DNA from: Macrostomum lignano
Lineage: Eukaryota
Length of the DNA: 36,507 nt
NCBI GenBank assembly: GCA_002269645.1
Contig: NIVC01003155.1
Span: forward strand, 1-36,507
Direction: 5' to 3'
The notes under the pieces are model-generated. The model was not told the DNA's origin and made no database searches. It saw only the letters and a list, made by a program, of their open reading frames with translations. Positions 10,401 to 21,000 of this stretch are shown here, piece after piece (position 1 is the stretch's first letter; every line of letters starts with the position of its first letter). The translations under genes and the position numbers were made by a program.

Positions 10401-13180
10401 CAGGCGTGCTCACTTCTCTGACCCCTGAGCACGCACTCAGTTTCTCATCGTCTCATGGGCATCTCATCGCAAATTTTCGTGCCCGGAATCGAACCTCTGT
10501 GCACTAGAAATAAACGTATTGCAATCCAAAAAGACCCGGTTTCGATTCCGGGTTTGAAATGATGAGGCATTGAGCGATCGCCAACTGACCATCCCAGTGT
10601 CCGGCCTATTGCAGCATCTACCCAGGCGACATCTATCCGTACACGAGGAAGCCGCTGTTCCTAGTGATTGACTCCGACAACAGCTTCGCTTTCCACGTGA
10701 GGCACTCACACTTGACCTGAATTACTACTGTCTACTATTCGTAATCAGTGTTCAACATTGGATTACCAATGATTTCATGCATATTTAATATTTCATTTTT
10801 TCCAGAATTTTCCTAATCTATTTGGCCAGCCGCTTGTCTGCCTGATGTCGCCAGAGGAGGCGCCCGCCAATTTTGCAGGTGAAGTCTTGCTTTTTAGAAG
10901 AAGCTGGACCAGTTTCCTTATCTAGATGTCCATCTGGACCAGTTTCCTTATCTAGATGTCCATCTGGACCAGTTTCCTTATCTAGATGTCCATCTGGACC
11001 AGTTTCCTTATCTAGATGTCCATCTGGACCAGTTTCCTTATCTAGATGTCCATCTGGACTAGTTTCTCTATCTAGATGTCTATCTGGACCAGTTTCCTTA
11101 TCTAGATGTCTATCTGGACCAGTTTCCTTATCTAGATGTCCATCTGGACCAGTTTCCTTATCTAGATGTCCATCTGGACCAGTTTCCTTATCTAGATGTC
11201 CATCTGGACTAGTTTCTCTATCTAGATGTCTATCTGGACCAGTTTCCTTATCTAGATGTCCATCTGGACCAGTTTCCTTATCTAGATGTCCATCTGGACT
11301 AGTTTCTCTATCTAGATGTCTATCTGGACCAGTTTCCTTATCTAGATGTCGGTCTATCTGGACCAGTTTCCTTATCATGATGTCTATCTGGACCAGTTTC
11401 CTTATCAAGATTTTTATCTGGACCAGTTTCCTTATCAAGATTTTTATCTGGACCAGTTTCCTTATCAAGATTTTTATCTGGACCAGTTTCCTTATCAAGA
11501 TTTTTATCTGGACCAGTTTCCTTATCAAGATTTTTATCTGGACCAGTTTCCTTATCAAGATTTTTATCTGGACCAGTCTCCTTATCTAGAGGACTGCCTT
11601 TCTGGACCAGTTTCCTTATATAGAGGTCTATTTAAATAGACACGTATCGATCTAAGTATTTTAGCTGGTTTGGAAATGTTTTTGAATATACGAGTGGCCC
11701 TTAATTTTCAAAAATAATATATAGATGAAGTTTTATTGAGCTGTTTTTCAGTGCAAACACAAGCCTTATTGTTGATCCGCCACCCCTCCCCGGCCTCGCC
11801 CTGCAGACCAGCGCCAGAGAGGCAGCCTGTTCACTCTGTTCCTGCACTCCCCGCTAACCGCCTTCTGCGCTGTTTGCAACGTGTCAACCGCAGTAGTGAT
11901 GGACTGGGACAGGGCCCAGCTCATCCTGGACAAGTTCCTGCTGGAGGCGGGCAGGCAGCTGGCTCGCTTCAGGCAGATCGGTGAGGCACTCCTGATGGGA
12001 TGTCTGAGTGTGGCGATTCTCCTGATGGGATGTCTGAGTGTGGCGATTCTCCTGATGGGATGTCTGAGTGTGGCGATTCTCCTGATGGGATGTCTGAGTG
12101 TGGCGATTCTCCTGATGGGATGTCTGAGTGTGGCGATTCTCCTGATGGGATGTCTGAGTTTGGCGATTCTCTTGATGGGATCTCTGAGTGTGGCGATTCT
12201 CCTGATGGGATCTCTGAGTGTGGAAATTCTCCTGATGGGATCGCTGAGTGTGGAAATTCTCCTGATGGGATCGCTGAGTGTGGAAATTCTCCTGATGGGA
12301 TCTCTGAGTGGGGCGATTCTCCTGATGGGATGTCTGAGTGGGGCGATTCTCCTGATGGGATGTCTGAGTGGGGCGATTCTCCTGATGGGATGTCTGAGTG
12401 GGGCGATTCTCCTGATGGGATGTCTGAGTTTGGCGATTCTCTTGATGGGATCTCTGAGTGTGGCGATTCTCCTGATGGGATCTCTGAGTGTGGAAATTCT
12501 CCTGATGGGATCGCTGAGTGTGGAAATTCTCCTGATGGGATCGCTGAGTGTGGAAATTCTCCTGATGGGATCTCTGAGTGGGGCGATTCTCCTGATGGGA
12601 TGTCTGAGTGGGGCGATTCTCCTGATGGGATGTCTGAGTGGGGCGATTCTCCTGATGGGATGTCTGAGTGGGGCGATTCTCCTGATGGGATGTCTGAGTG
12701 GGGCGATTCTCCTGATGGGATGTCTGAGTGGGGCGATTCTCCGTTTTTTGGGCAGTTTTCCAATTAAAGTTTCTAAATTGGCCGGTTAAATTTCTCGAAA
12801 AAGTATCTTAGTGAAACTGATGTCGATGAGTCGTCACTGCTTGTCTCAGTTGGTCGCACAATCTCAGAGAACACAAAGGCCTCAAAAATGCAGATCGAAC
12901 CGAAATCCCCCTCTCAGACGTCGCCTACCTGCAGTTTTACCGGGACGACTTCCTCCGCCTGCTGCTCCTTCGCTACCTGTTCTGCTCCACCACGCTGCGC
13001 CTTCATCGAGCGTTCCGGGGGCCCAGCTTCTACCCGGCCTGCCGCCCGCCGCTGCCTGAGCAGGAACTGGCCGAGTCCGCCCCGCTGCAGAAACTGCTGC
13101 TGGACTTGGCGCTCGTATTCGACACCAGGGCGTTGTTTGGACTCGGAGGTGAGCTTGATCTACTTAATTCAGTAGTATAG
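4431..13180 (+). CDS. SCAI: SCAI (suppressor of cancer cell invasion) ortholog, ~609 aa, 9 coding exons
   Basis: Exons 4431-4540, 5364-5645, 6252-6606, 7053-7428, 8273-8387, 10615-10696, 10806-10878, 11807-11980 and 12918-13180. All introns are GT-AG and the phases are consistent (1830 nt total). Recognisable SCAI motifs: FCHLLEKSKQLFNGLRDLPQYG, KRWQIGEIASKIGQLYYHYYLRTSE, VKKLRYYARF, QVKFSELTLDMFRMLQ, NPHKYLLYKP, IYPGDIYPYTRKPLF, NLFGQPLVCLMSP, QRGSLFTLFLHSPL. The 3' end is uncertain because a GTGAGC donor at 13149 could lead to one more exon. Confidence 0.95.
5782..6078 (+). repeat. 30-bp minisatellite in SCAI intron 2 (~10 copies)
   Basis: Unit aaagtgacctgaacctcagtcacataccc(a/g), preceded by a degenerate (GGTTAG)n tract at 5722-5780. 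Confidence 0.95.
6643..6930 (-). repeat. Same 30-bp minisatellite, inverted, in SCAI intron 3 (~9.5 copies)
   Basis: Unit cgggtatgtgactgaggttcaggtcacttt is the reverse complement of the intron 2 unit. Confidence 0.95.
7743..8136. repeat. 16-bp minisatellite in SCAI intron 4 (~24 copies)
   Basis: Unit ggctcgaatattcaca with aaactc variants; palindromic GAATATTC core. Confidence 0.95.
9373..9656 (+). mobile_element. tRNA-derived SINE with a CORE-like central domain and (ATT)n tail
   Basis: A box TAGCCTAGTGG (9385-9395) and B box GGTTCGATTCC (9429-9439). The segment gtgtctttgagcaagacacttcactctgcattgcttcagtt (9460-9500) resembles the CORE-SINE motif GTGTGACCTTGGGCAAGTCACTTAACCTCTCTGAGCCTCAGTT (recalled, not searched). 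The tail is tattattattattatta at 9640-9656. No target-site duplication seen. Confidence 0.75.
9929..10237 (-). mobile_element. tRNA-derived SINE, second family, copy 1 (3' end missing or diverged)
   Basis: Minus-strand A box TAGCCCAGTGG (10235-10225) and B-box-like GGCTCGATTCC (10191-10181). Aligns by eye over ~300 bp with 13408-13706. Confidence 0.75.
10904..11630. repeat. 30-bp minisatellite in SCAI intron 7, with two subfamilies (~24 copies)
   Basis: Unit ctggaccagtttccttatctagatgtccat to ~11350, then ctggaccagtttccttatcaagatttttat. Confidence 0.95.
11990..12741. repeat. 30-bp minisatellite in SCAI intron 8 (25 copies, 270-bp higher-order duplication)
   Basis: Unit cctgatgggatgtctgagtgtggcgattct. 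The variant block gagtttggcgattctcttgatg recurs at ~12157 and ~12427. Confidence 0.95.
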
Positions 13181-13245
13181 AGTGCTGCTGAATGATAGCA
13201 ATTTATCTTTTTAAGCAAAGGATACTCTTCATTCTTAGGGAATAC

Positions 13246-13770
13246 CGTTGCTAGGGAATTCCAATCGTTGCTAGGGTGTTCCGTTCGTTGCTAGGTACTT
13301 CCAACGGTTGCTAAGGGAACTTCAATCGTTTCTATCTGGTTCCAACCGTTTTTTTATTAGAGGCAGGGGGTTGTTTGCACCCTGGCGCACTTTAAGCGAC
13401 ATTGGCACACAACCGGCGAGAGGCATTACTGCCCATTCCGCCGACTTCCCTGAGCAGGCATACAAGCGCGCGGATACGTATGCAGACACACACTCACACA
13501 GGAGTGTACAGCGGCCCTAACTTTATTTATCGTTAGGCATGTACATATTCACTGCGCCTTGGGGGGGGGGGTAGACTCTCAAGGCCGTTAATTGCACGAG
13601 CAGAGCCAAGCCGAGATTCCAATTCAGCCCCAAATTAATGTGACTGCACTTGGAATCGAGCCCGGGCCGCTGGCACACCAGAGCAGCTGCGCTAACGCTG
13701 GGCTACGGCCCCCTTGGTTCCAACCGTTGCTAGGGTGTTTCAATCGTTGCTAAGGGGATTCCAAGGTTGC
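13246..13770. repeat. Degenerate 20-bp tandem repeat interrupted by a SINE
   Basis: Unit ccaatcgttgctagggtgtt at 13246-13350 and 13715-13770. Confidence 0.7.
13351..13714 (-). mobile_element. Full-length tRNA-derived SINE, second family, copy 2, with 14-bp TSD and A-rich tail
   Basis: Minus strand begins AGGGGGCCGTAGCCCAGCG, has B-box-like GGCTCGATTCC at 13662-13652, and ends CTAATAAAAAAA. It is flanked by the direct repeat tggttccaaccgtt at 13337-13350 and 13715-13728. Confidence 0.85.
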
Positions 13771-14180
13771 TGTGGAAAATTTAGTCATTATATGCAGCGA
13801 AACTCTACATATACTCTTCAGATTAAATTACTCGTAAAGTCCATCAAGAACCGAAGCAACGAAAGCGCGCTGGCACTTTGATGACCTATCCAGGCTCTGC
13901 TAAAATTGAGCGAATGCAGAAAATACATGAGTCATTTTTTGCCTGCTCGTTTAAGTCCGTTTATGTTTGAAGTAACTCTGAAACTACGATTTAAATATTC
14001 CTCGTGTGCTACACTATCTACTTCACGCGCACTAGTGCGGCATGTTTCAAGCATGCAGACTATTTCCTAACTTGTGCTATGATTTTATTACAGTACTGTA
14101 TATTCACTGTTTTTTAGTATGCACTCTTTCTTTAGAAACATCGAATAAGCAGCCGATTTTCAGTGGTTACATGTACCTAT

Positions 14181-14505
14181 CTGAGATGCAGATGGGGATC
14201 TGAGATGCAGGTGGGGATCTGAGATGCAGGTGGGGATCTGAGATGCAGGTGGGGATCTGAGATGCGGGTGGGGATCTGAGATGCAGGTGGGGATCTGAGG
14301 TGCAGATGGGGATCTGAGATGCAGATGGGGATCTGAGATGCAGATGGGGATCTGAGATGCAGATGGGGATCTGGGATGCAGATGGGGATTTCAGATTGAA
14401 ATCGGGATCTGGGATGCAGATGGGGATCTGAGATCCGAGAGTGAGTGAAATGGGGATCTGGGATTGGAATGTGGATCTGAGATTCAAAATTGGGATCTGA
14501 GATTC
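14181..14505. repeat. 20-bp minisatellite (intergenic)
   Basis: Unit ctgagatgcag(g/a)tggggat, degenerating toward 14505. Confidence 0.9.
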
Positions 14506-15356
14506 GAATGAAGATTTGCTTGCTGTTTTGTGGGGAACTTGTGACTGCTCAGTAACAAAGCAAAACACAAAACCAATATGGCGCCTGTAAAAACATTGTC
14601 AAAAACATTTGCCCACACTCTGACGGCAACTGCTGCTGCCTCAGTACAACAAATTCCTTTTACGTCCTTCTTATTACTTTTTCTATCCTTACAAATCGGA
14701 ATTCCTTTGCTGCTTTTTGTATTTTTACTGCGTTTCACACTTAAAAAATGAAAACTATTTTACTATTTGTGCACTCTTGCGATTTAAATTTTCTCTCATT
14801 TTTCACGCCCCGACCATGGCAGGCACCGCTCAGACGGCCGTTGGCTCGGCGGTTTTTACGACTTACATTTTGCGATTGTACGAGTATTAAGGAGTCTGGT
14901 TTGACAGGGCTTTTCTCTATCAAATTCAGTTCTGCCGCTCGAATGTATTTAACTTTATTCCTTTGTCACTGTTGATTCTCTCTTTCCTAGCGATTTCAGA
15001 ATTTCCTTTGTTTCAATAGATTTTCTCTAAGCATGCTGTTTTCTATTGGTGTGCAAGGTGCAGGCTGGCAACTCTCAGCTTCTACACTGCAGCTGAATTT
15101 TTGATAGTATTCTTAACAACTCCCGCCCAGGTATTTTCGCTCGTGTTCATCTAAAATAAAAACTATATAATTAAGGCAATGTTTTTTATTAACACACGTG
15201 TCAAAACTTCTGCTGTGTCTGCTGGCGAGTTAAAGATACAATTGGAACTTGTCAAAAAGGTTTCAATTCTTTATCTTCATAGCTTGTTCCCTACCACATG
15301 ACACAGTGAACGCGGCTCATTGTGTACCATCCACTCGTAGCGTTAACGGCTCATGG

Positions 15357-16262
15357 ACTGCTAATCTCGGTTTATAGAGTGCTAATCTCGGTTTATAGAG
15401 TGCTAATCTCGGTTTATAGTGCTAATCTCGGTTTATAGTGCCAATCTCGGTTTAAAGAGTGCTAATCTTGGTTTAAAGAGTGCTAATCTCGGTTTATAGT
15501 GCTAATCTCGGTTTAAAGAGTGCTAATCTTGGTTTAAAGAGTGCTAATCTCGGTATAAAGAGTGCTAATCTCGGTTTATAGAGTGCTAATCTCGGTTTAT
15601 AGTGCTAATCTCGGTTTATAGAGTGCTAATCTTGGTTTAAAGAGTGCTAATCTCGGTATAAAGAGTGCTAATCTCGGTTTATAGAGTGCTAATCTCGGTT
15701 TATAGAGTGCTAATCTCGGTTTATAGAGTGCTAATCTCTGTTTAAAAAGTGCTAATCTCGGTTAAAAGAGTGCTAATCTCGGTTTAATAGAGTGCTAATC
15801 TCGGTATAAAGAGTGCTAATCTCGGTTTAAAGAGTGCTAATCTCGGTTTAAAGAGTGCTAATCTTGGTTTAAAGAGTGCTAATCTCGGTATAAAGAGTGC
15901 TAATCTCGGTTTATAGAGTGCTAATCTCGGTTTATAGAGTGCTAATCTCGGTTTATAGAGTGCTAATCTCTGTTTAAAAAGTGCTAATCTCGGTTAAAAG
16001 AGTGCTAATCTCGGTTTAATAGAGTGCTAATCTCGGTATAAAGAGTGCTAATCTCGGTTTATAGAGTGCTAATCTCTGTTTAAAAAGTGCTAATCTCGGT
16101 TTAATAGAGTGCTAATCTCGGTATAAAGAGTGCTAATCTCGGTTTATAGAGTGCTAATCTCTGTTTAAAAAGTGCTAATCTCGGTTAAAAGAGTGCTAAT
16201 CTCGGTTTAATAGAGTGCTAATCTCGGTTTATAGAGTGCTAATCTCGGTTTAAAGAGTGCTG
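15357..16262. repeat. 19-22-bp minisatellite (intergenic)
   Basis: Unit gtgctaatctcggtttataga with tttaaaga/tataaaga variants, over 40 copies. Confidence 0.95.
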
Positions 16263-17007
16263 GCTTATGGAGTGTTATAAATGTACATTGCAATGATGCT
16301 AAACAAACAAAAAATCCTTTTTAGTACCCTTGTTACTACTTTTTAGTAGACATTTAGCCTATTGAAGGTGCTTCAATAAAGTAAATCAATGTGAAATAGG
16401 CAAATCTATTGAACTCAAATCCGCACATTATTCGTAGAAGCACAAGTAAACCAAAGTATATATGGTATATTGTCTTAGTCACATGTAACAGGTCTGCAGG
16501 CAAATTTAAACGGCCAGGAGTACATAAATGGTGTTAGTTCAGCAATGCAGCATATTGAAAGCGTAAATAAAGCATTGGATTTAGCATTAAACACAAAGTG
16601 CAACCTATTAAAGCGCCAGCTCAGTGCTGTTATAGCAAAGACTGCGCATTATCAAGATAATAATTTCCTATGCAAGATTAAAACTAGTCATGAATATCAT
16701 GCTCAGGTAATATCACAGGATCCTTATTCACAAACAAGGTAAAACAATTTTATAGTTCTATGGATTAAATTAAAATCTAAACAAATAAATAACTGACTGA
16801 TGGGGCGTGCGCGTTTAAGGGATAGTAAACAGCAGCCCAGAAAAGGCGCAGCACTGTTTTAACGAATTGTTAGGTAAATAAAAGTACGACAAAATCTAAG
16901 TTGAAAGGCGTGCAAGGAAAATAACCTTTTAGTCAGTAAGCTAGTGAAGTCTAAGAAATGCAAAGCTATGTTATACGGGTTATAATTTTGGTACAGAGGT
17001 AGGGATG

Positions 17008-17514
17008 GGCTGGTCAGTGTACATTGGAGGGGTTGGTGTTGGCTGGTCAGTGTACATCGGGGGAGTTGGTGCTGGTTGGTCAGTGTACATTGGGGGAGTT
17101 GGTGCTGGCTGGTCAGTGTACATTGGGGAGTTGGTGTTGGCTGGTCAGTGTACATTGGGGGAGTTGGTGTTGGCTGTTCAGTGTACATTGGGGGAGTTGG
17201 TGTTGGCTGGTCAGTGTACATCGGGGGAGTAGGTGTTGGCTGTTCAGTGTACATTGGGGGAGTTAATGCTGGCTGGTCAGTGTACATCGGGGGTTGGTGT
17301 TGGCTGGTCAGTGTACATTGGGGGAGTTAATGCTGGCTGGTCAGTGTACATCGGGGGTTGGTGTTGGCTGGTCAGTGTACATCGGGGGAGTTGGTGTTGG
17401 CTAGTCAGTGTACATCGGGGGAGTTGGTGTTGGCTGGTCAGTGTACATCGGGGAGTTGGTGTTGGCTGGTTAGTGTACATCGGGGGAGTTAATGCTGGCT
17501 GGTCAGTGTACATT
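17008..17514. repeat. 33-bp G-rich minisatellite (intergenic, downstream of the Kelch gene)
   Basis: Unit ggctggtcagtgtacattgggggagttggtgtt, about 15 copies. Confidence 0.95.
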
Positions 17515-18067
17515 AGAGAGGTGCCATCGAACTTAAAAAGACGAAAGCTTTAATACAAACAATTTTAGCACTTTTTGTTTATCACATTAATAGTTGGATT
17601 TACAGTCTAAATGCTTATTTAAAATTATCTCTAACTGTAGGTTCGTGGGATCCATATTTTGCAAGGGATTGTTATTAAGGATAAAATAATCTTAATAAAG
17701 TCAAAGCTAGTCAATTTCACAAACTATAAGACACAGAAAGCCAGAGCCTGAAAAGCAAAGGGTTAAATTAACAAAGCAAAAGATTTAAACAAGCATGCAC
17801 AATTAAATAATACAATTTCCTGTACAAACACAGAGTCAAAGACAACGGTTTAAAAATACGTTAATAAATATTATTTTTGTCAGCTTGGTTCGAAATGAAC
17901 TCAATGCATTCGGGCGAGCGCTTCTTTCTGCCATTCATAGCCACGGGGTCGAGTCAGTGTGATCTAACTCCTAAAAATCACATTTAAAATGCTTCTACAA
18001 TCGAGTTATTCTTCAACGCACAAAACTCGAGAAAGACCTTGTTGTATGCCCCCGTTCCCGATTCAAG

Positions 18068-21000
18068 TCACAAACCCTGCGGCAGAGTCATGAGGCAGCA
18101 CACTCGACCATAAATCCTAGTAGGGAACCTTTCAACCAGTTGCACCTCGTCCTTCTGGGTGTCGTATACCTGCAGAGAATGGCTGTAATAGTTCTCCCCA
18201 TCCAGCCCGCCAGCTATGTAGATTCTGCTGTCCAACACGCAGCTGCCAGCCTCCCGAATAGTGATGGAGCAGCGGAGCAGAGTCCACTGATCGGCTATGG
18301 AATTGTAAGACTCGATAGGCGTCACAGGCACAGGGAAGCCGTAGATGTCTTCAACATTGCCGCCAAGGACAAACAGACGAGAGCCAACGCACTCCATTAT
18401 GTGATTGCCGCGCTTGTTCAGCATGGCAGCTCGCGAGGCCCACAGCTCGGAGTCCGGCTCGTAGCAGATCAGACTGTCGCAATAGCCGTCGTATCTCTGG
18501 CCGCCGGATACGAACACCCTAGCAGCGAGTTGGTAAAGCAGAGTTACTTCACCAGTTAGAAAATGCAACACTGAAGAGATGTGATAACGCCCTCTACCTC
18601 GCTCTCAGGATAGAGCGATTTTTTATAAAGTAAAACCTGCTGCACCTCCTTTACTATTAGCCACTATAATATTTCCTTACCTACCTTCCCTCCTGCCTCC
18701 CTCTCCTATCTTCCTTCCGCGTCCGCCCCTCTCCTATCTTCCTTCCTTCCCTCATCCATCCTTCCTCCCCTGCCATATCTTCCTTCCTTCCCTCTCCTAT
18801 CTTCCTTCCTTCCTTCCGTCTCCTATCTTCCTTCCTTCCTTCCCTCCCATATCTTCCTTCCTTCCCTCTCCTATCTTCCTTTCTTCCTTCCCTCTCCTAT
18901 CTTCCTTCCTTCCTTCCCTCTCCTATCTTCCTTCCTTCCTTCCCTCTCCTATCTTCCTTCCTTCCTTCCCTCTCCTATCTTCCTTTCTTCCTCCCCTCCC
19001 ATATCTTCCTTCCTTCCTTCTCCTATCTTCCTTCCTTCCTTCCCTCTCCTATCTTCCTTCCTTCCTTCCCTCTCCTATCTTCCTTTCTTCCTCCCCTCCC
19101 ATATCTTCCTTCCTTCCTTCTCCTATCTTCCTTCCTTCCTTCCCTCTCCTATCTTCCTTCCTTCCCTCTCCTATCTTCCTTCCTTCCCTCTCCATCCTTC
19201 CTCCCCTCCCATATCTTCCTTCCTTCCCTCTCCTATCTTCCTTCCTTCCTTCCTTCCCTCTCCTATCTTCCTTCCTTCCTTCCCTCTCCTATCTTCCTTC
19301 CTTCCCTCTCCTATCTTCCTTCCTTCCTTCCCTCTCCTATCTTCCTTCCTTCCTTCCCTCTCCTATCTTCCTTCCTTCCCTCTCCTATCTTCCTTCCTTC
19401 CTTCCCTCTCCTATCTTCCTTCCTTCCCTCTCCTATCTTCCTTCCTTCCTTCCCTCTCCTATCTTCCTTCCTTCCTTCCCTCTCCTATCTTCCTTCCTTC
19501 CTTCCCTCTCCTATCTTTCTTCCTTCCTTCCCTCTCCTATCTTCCTTCCTTCCCTCTCCTATCTTCCTTCCTTCCTTCCCTCTCCTATCTTCCTTCCTTC
19601 CTTTCCTCTCCTATCTTCCTTCCTTCCCTCCCTCTCCTATCTTCCTTCCTTCCTTCCCTCTCCATCCTTCCTCCCCTCCCATATCTTCCTTCCTCCACTC
19701 TCCCCTATCTCCCATTCCTCCCCTCTCCCCTAATCTTTCTTCCTCCCCCCTTCTATCTTCCCTTTCCAATCCTTCCCCATCTGCTGAAGCTGATTGCTAG
19801 TTGAAAACTATACCTGGAGTCGCAGACGGCGGCAGCATGGCAGTAGACGGCGTGCTGCAGCGACGGCAAGAATCGCCATTCGCCAGTAGCGATGCAGAGC
19901 CGCTCAACGGTGCACATCACCATGTTCTCGTCCTGGCCGCCAATAGCCATCAGGCAGGAGTTGCCGGTGGCCACCAGTGCGAAATCCTTTCGCGCCTCGT
20001 TCATAGGCACCAGCTCGTGCCAGGCGTCGAATCTGGGATCGTAGCGAAAGCAGCGAGCGGACGCCATTTCGGAGGCCTCGTTGCCGTCGTAGCGGCCGCC
20101 GCAGGCGTACAGAAAATTCGCCAACTCGCAGATGCACGGATTATAGAGAGGAACGGCGCAGTCTTTTAAAAACGCGTGCCGCTTAGTGGCCAAGTTAAAG
20201 GCTTCAAGATTTTCGGCGTGACACATGACAACACTGCGCTGATGGTTGCGGACCCGGGTGCGCGGCGTCTGCATGACCGGCTGCTTGTTCACCACCAGGT
20301 GGTAGTCCTTGGCCTCCGTCAGCCGGTCCGAGCAGGCTGGCACGTCGCGCATGAAACCGATGCAGCTCACTTTTTCAACCAGGTGTTCGCCGCTTAGCAA
20401 CGGCAGGCGGACCTGGGAGTTGGGGTTTCAACACTTGGGAATGCGATGATAAAGCCTATGATTGATTTCTCCTTCTGTTCAACCAAGGGGTTGAGTTTTT
20501 GAAAATCTACATCTTTTAATGAAGATACCCCATCCTCTAATGAAGATAGTCTATCTTCTAATGAAGATAGTCTATCCTCTAATGAAGATAGTCTATCTTC
20601 TAATGAAGATAGTCTATCCTCTAATGAAGATAGTCCATCATATAATGAAGATAGTCCATCATATAATGAAGATAGTCCATCCTCTAATGAAGATGATCCA
20701 TCCTCTAATGAAGATAGTCCATCCTCTAATGAAGATAGTCCATCCTCTAATGAAGATAGTCCATCCTCTAATGAAGATAGTCCATCCTCTAATGAAGATA
20801 GTCCATCCTCTAATGAAGATAGTCCATCCTCTAATGAAGATAGTCCATCCTCTAATGAAGATAGTCCATCATATAATGAAGATAGTCCATCCTCTAATGA
20901 AGATAGTCCATCCTCTAATGAAGATAGTCCATCCTCAAATGAAGATAGTCCATCCTCTAATGAAGATAGTCCATCCTCTAATGAAGATAGTCCATCATAT

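Noticed and set aside
10818-12789. Long ORFs on both strands (HLDKETGPDG, SECGDSPDGM, LLMGCLSVAI)
   Set aside because: They are translations of 30-bp intronic arrays between well-defined SCAI exons; a unit length divisible by 3 keeps frames open.
14930-14953. Possible terminal SCAI exon (VLPLECI*) spliced from the 13149 donor
   Set aside because: The acceptor is plausible, but there is no homology support, and read-through gives a normal stop at 13180.
16859-17553. Pro/Thr-rich and Gly/Val-rich ORFs
   Set aside because: They are products of the 33-bp array, with frame slips at 32-bp units and no splice context.
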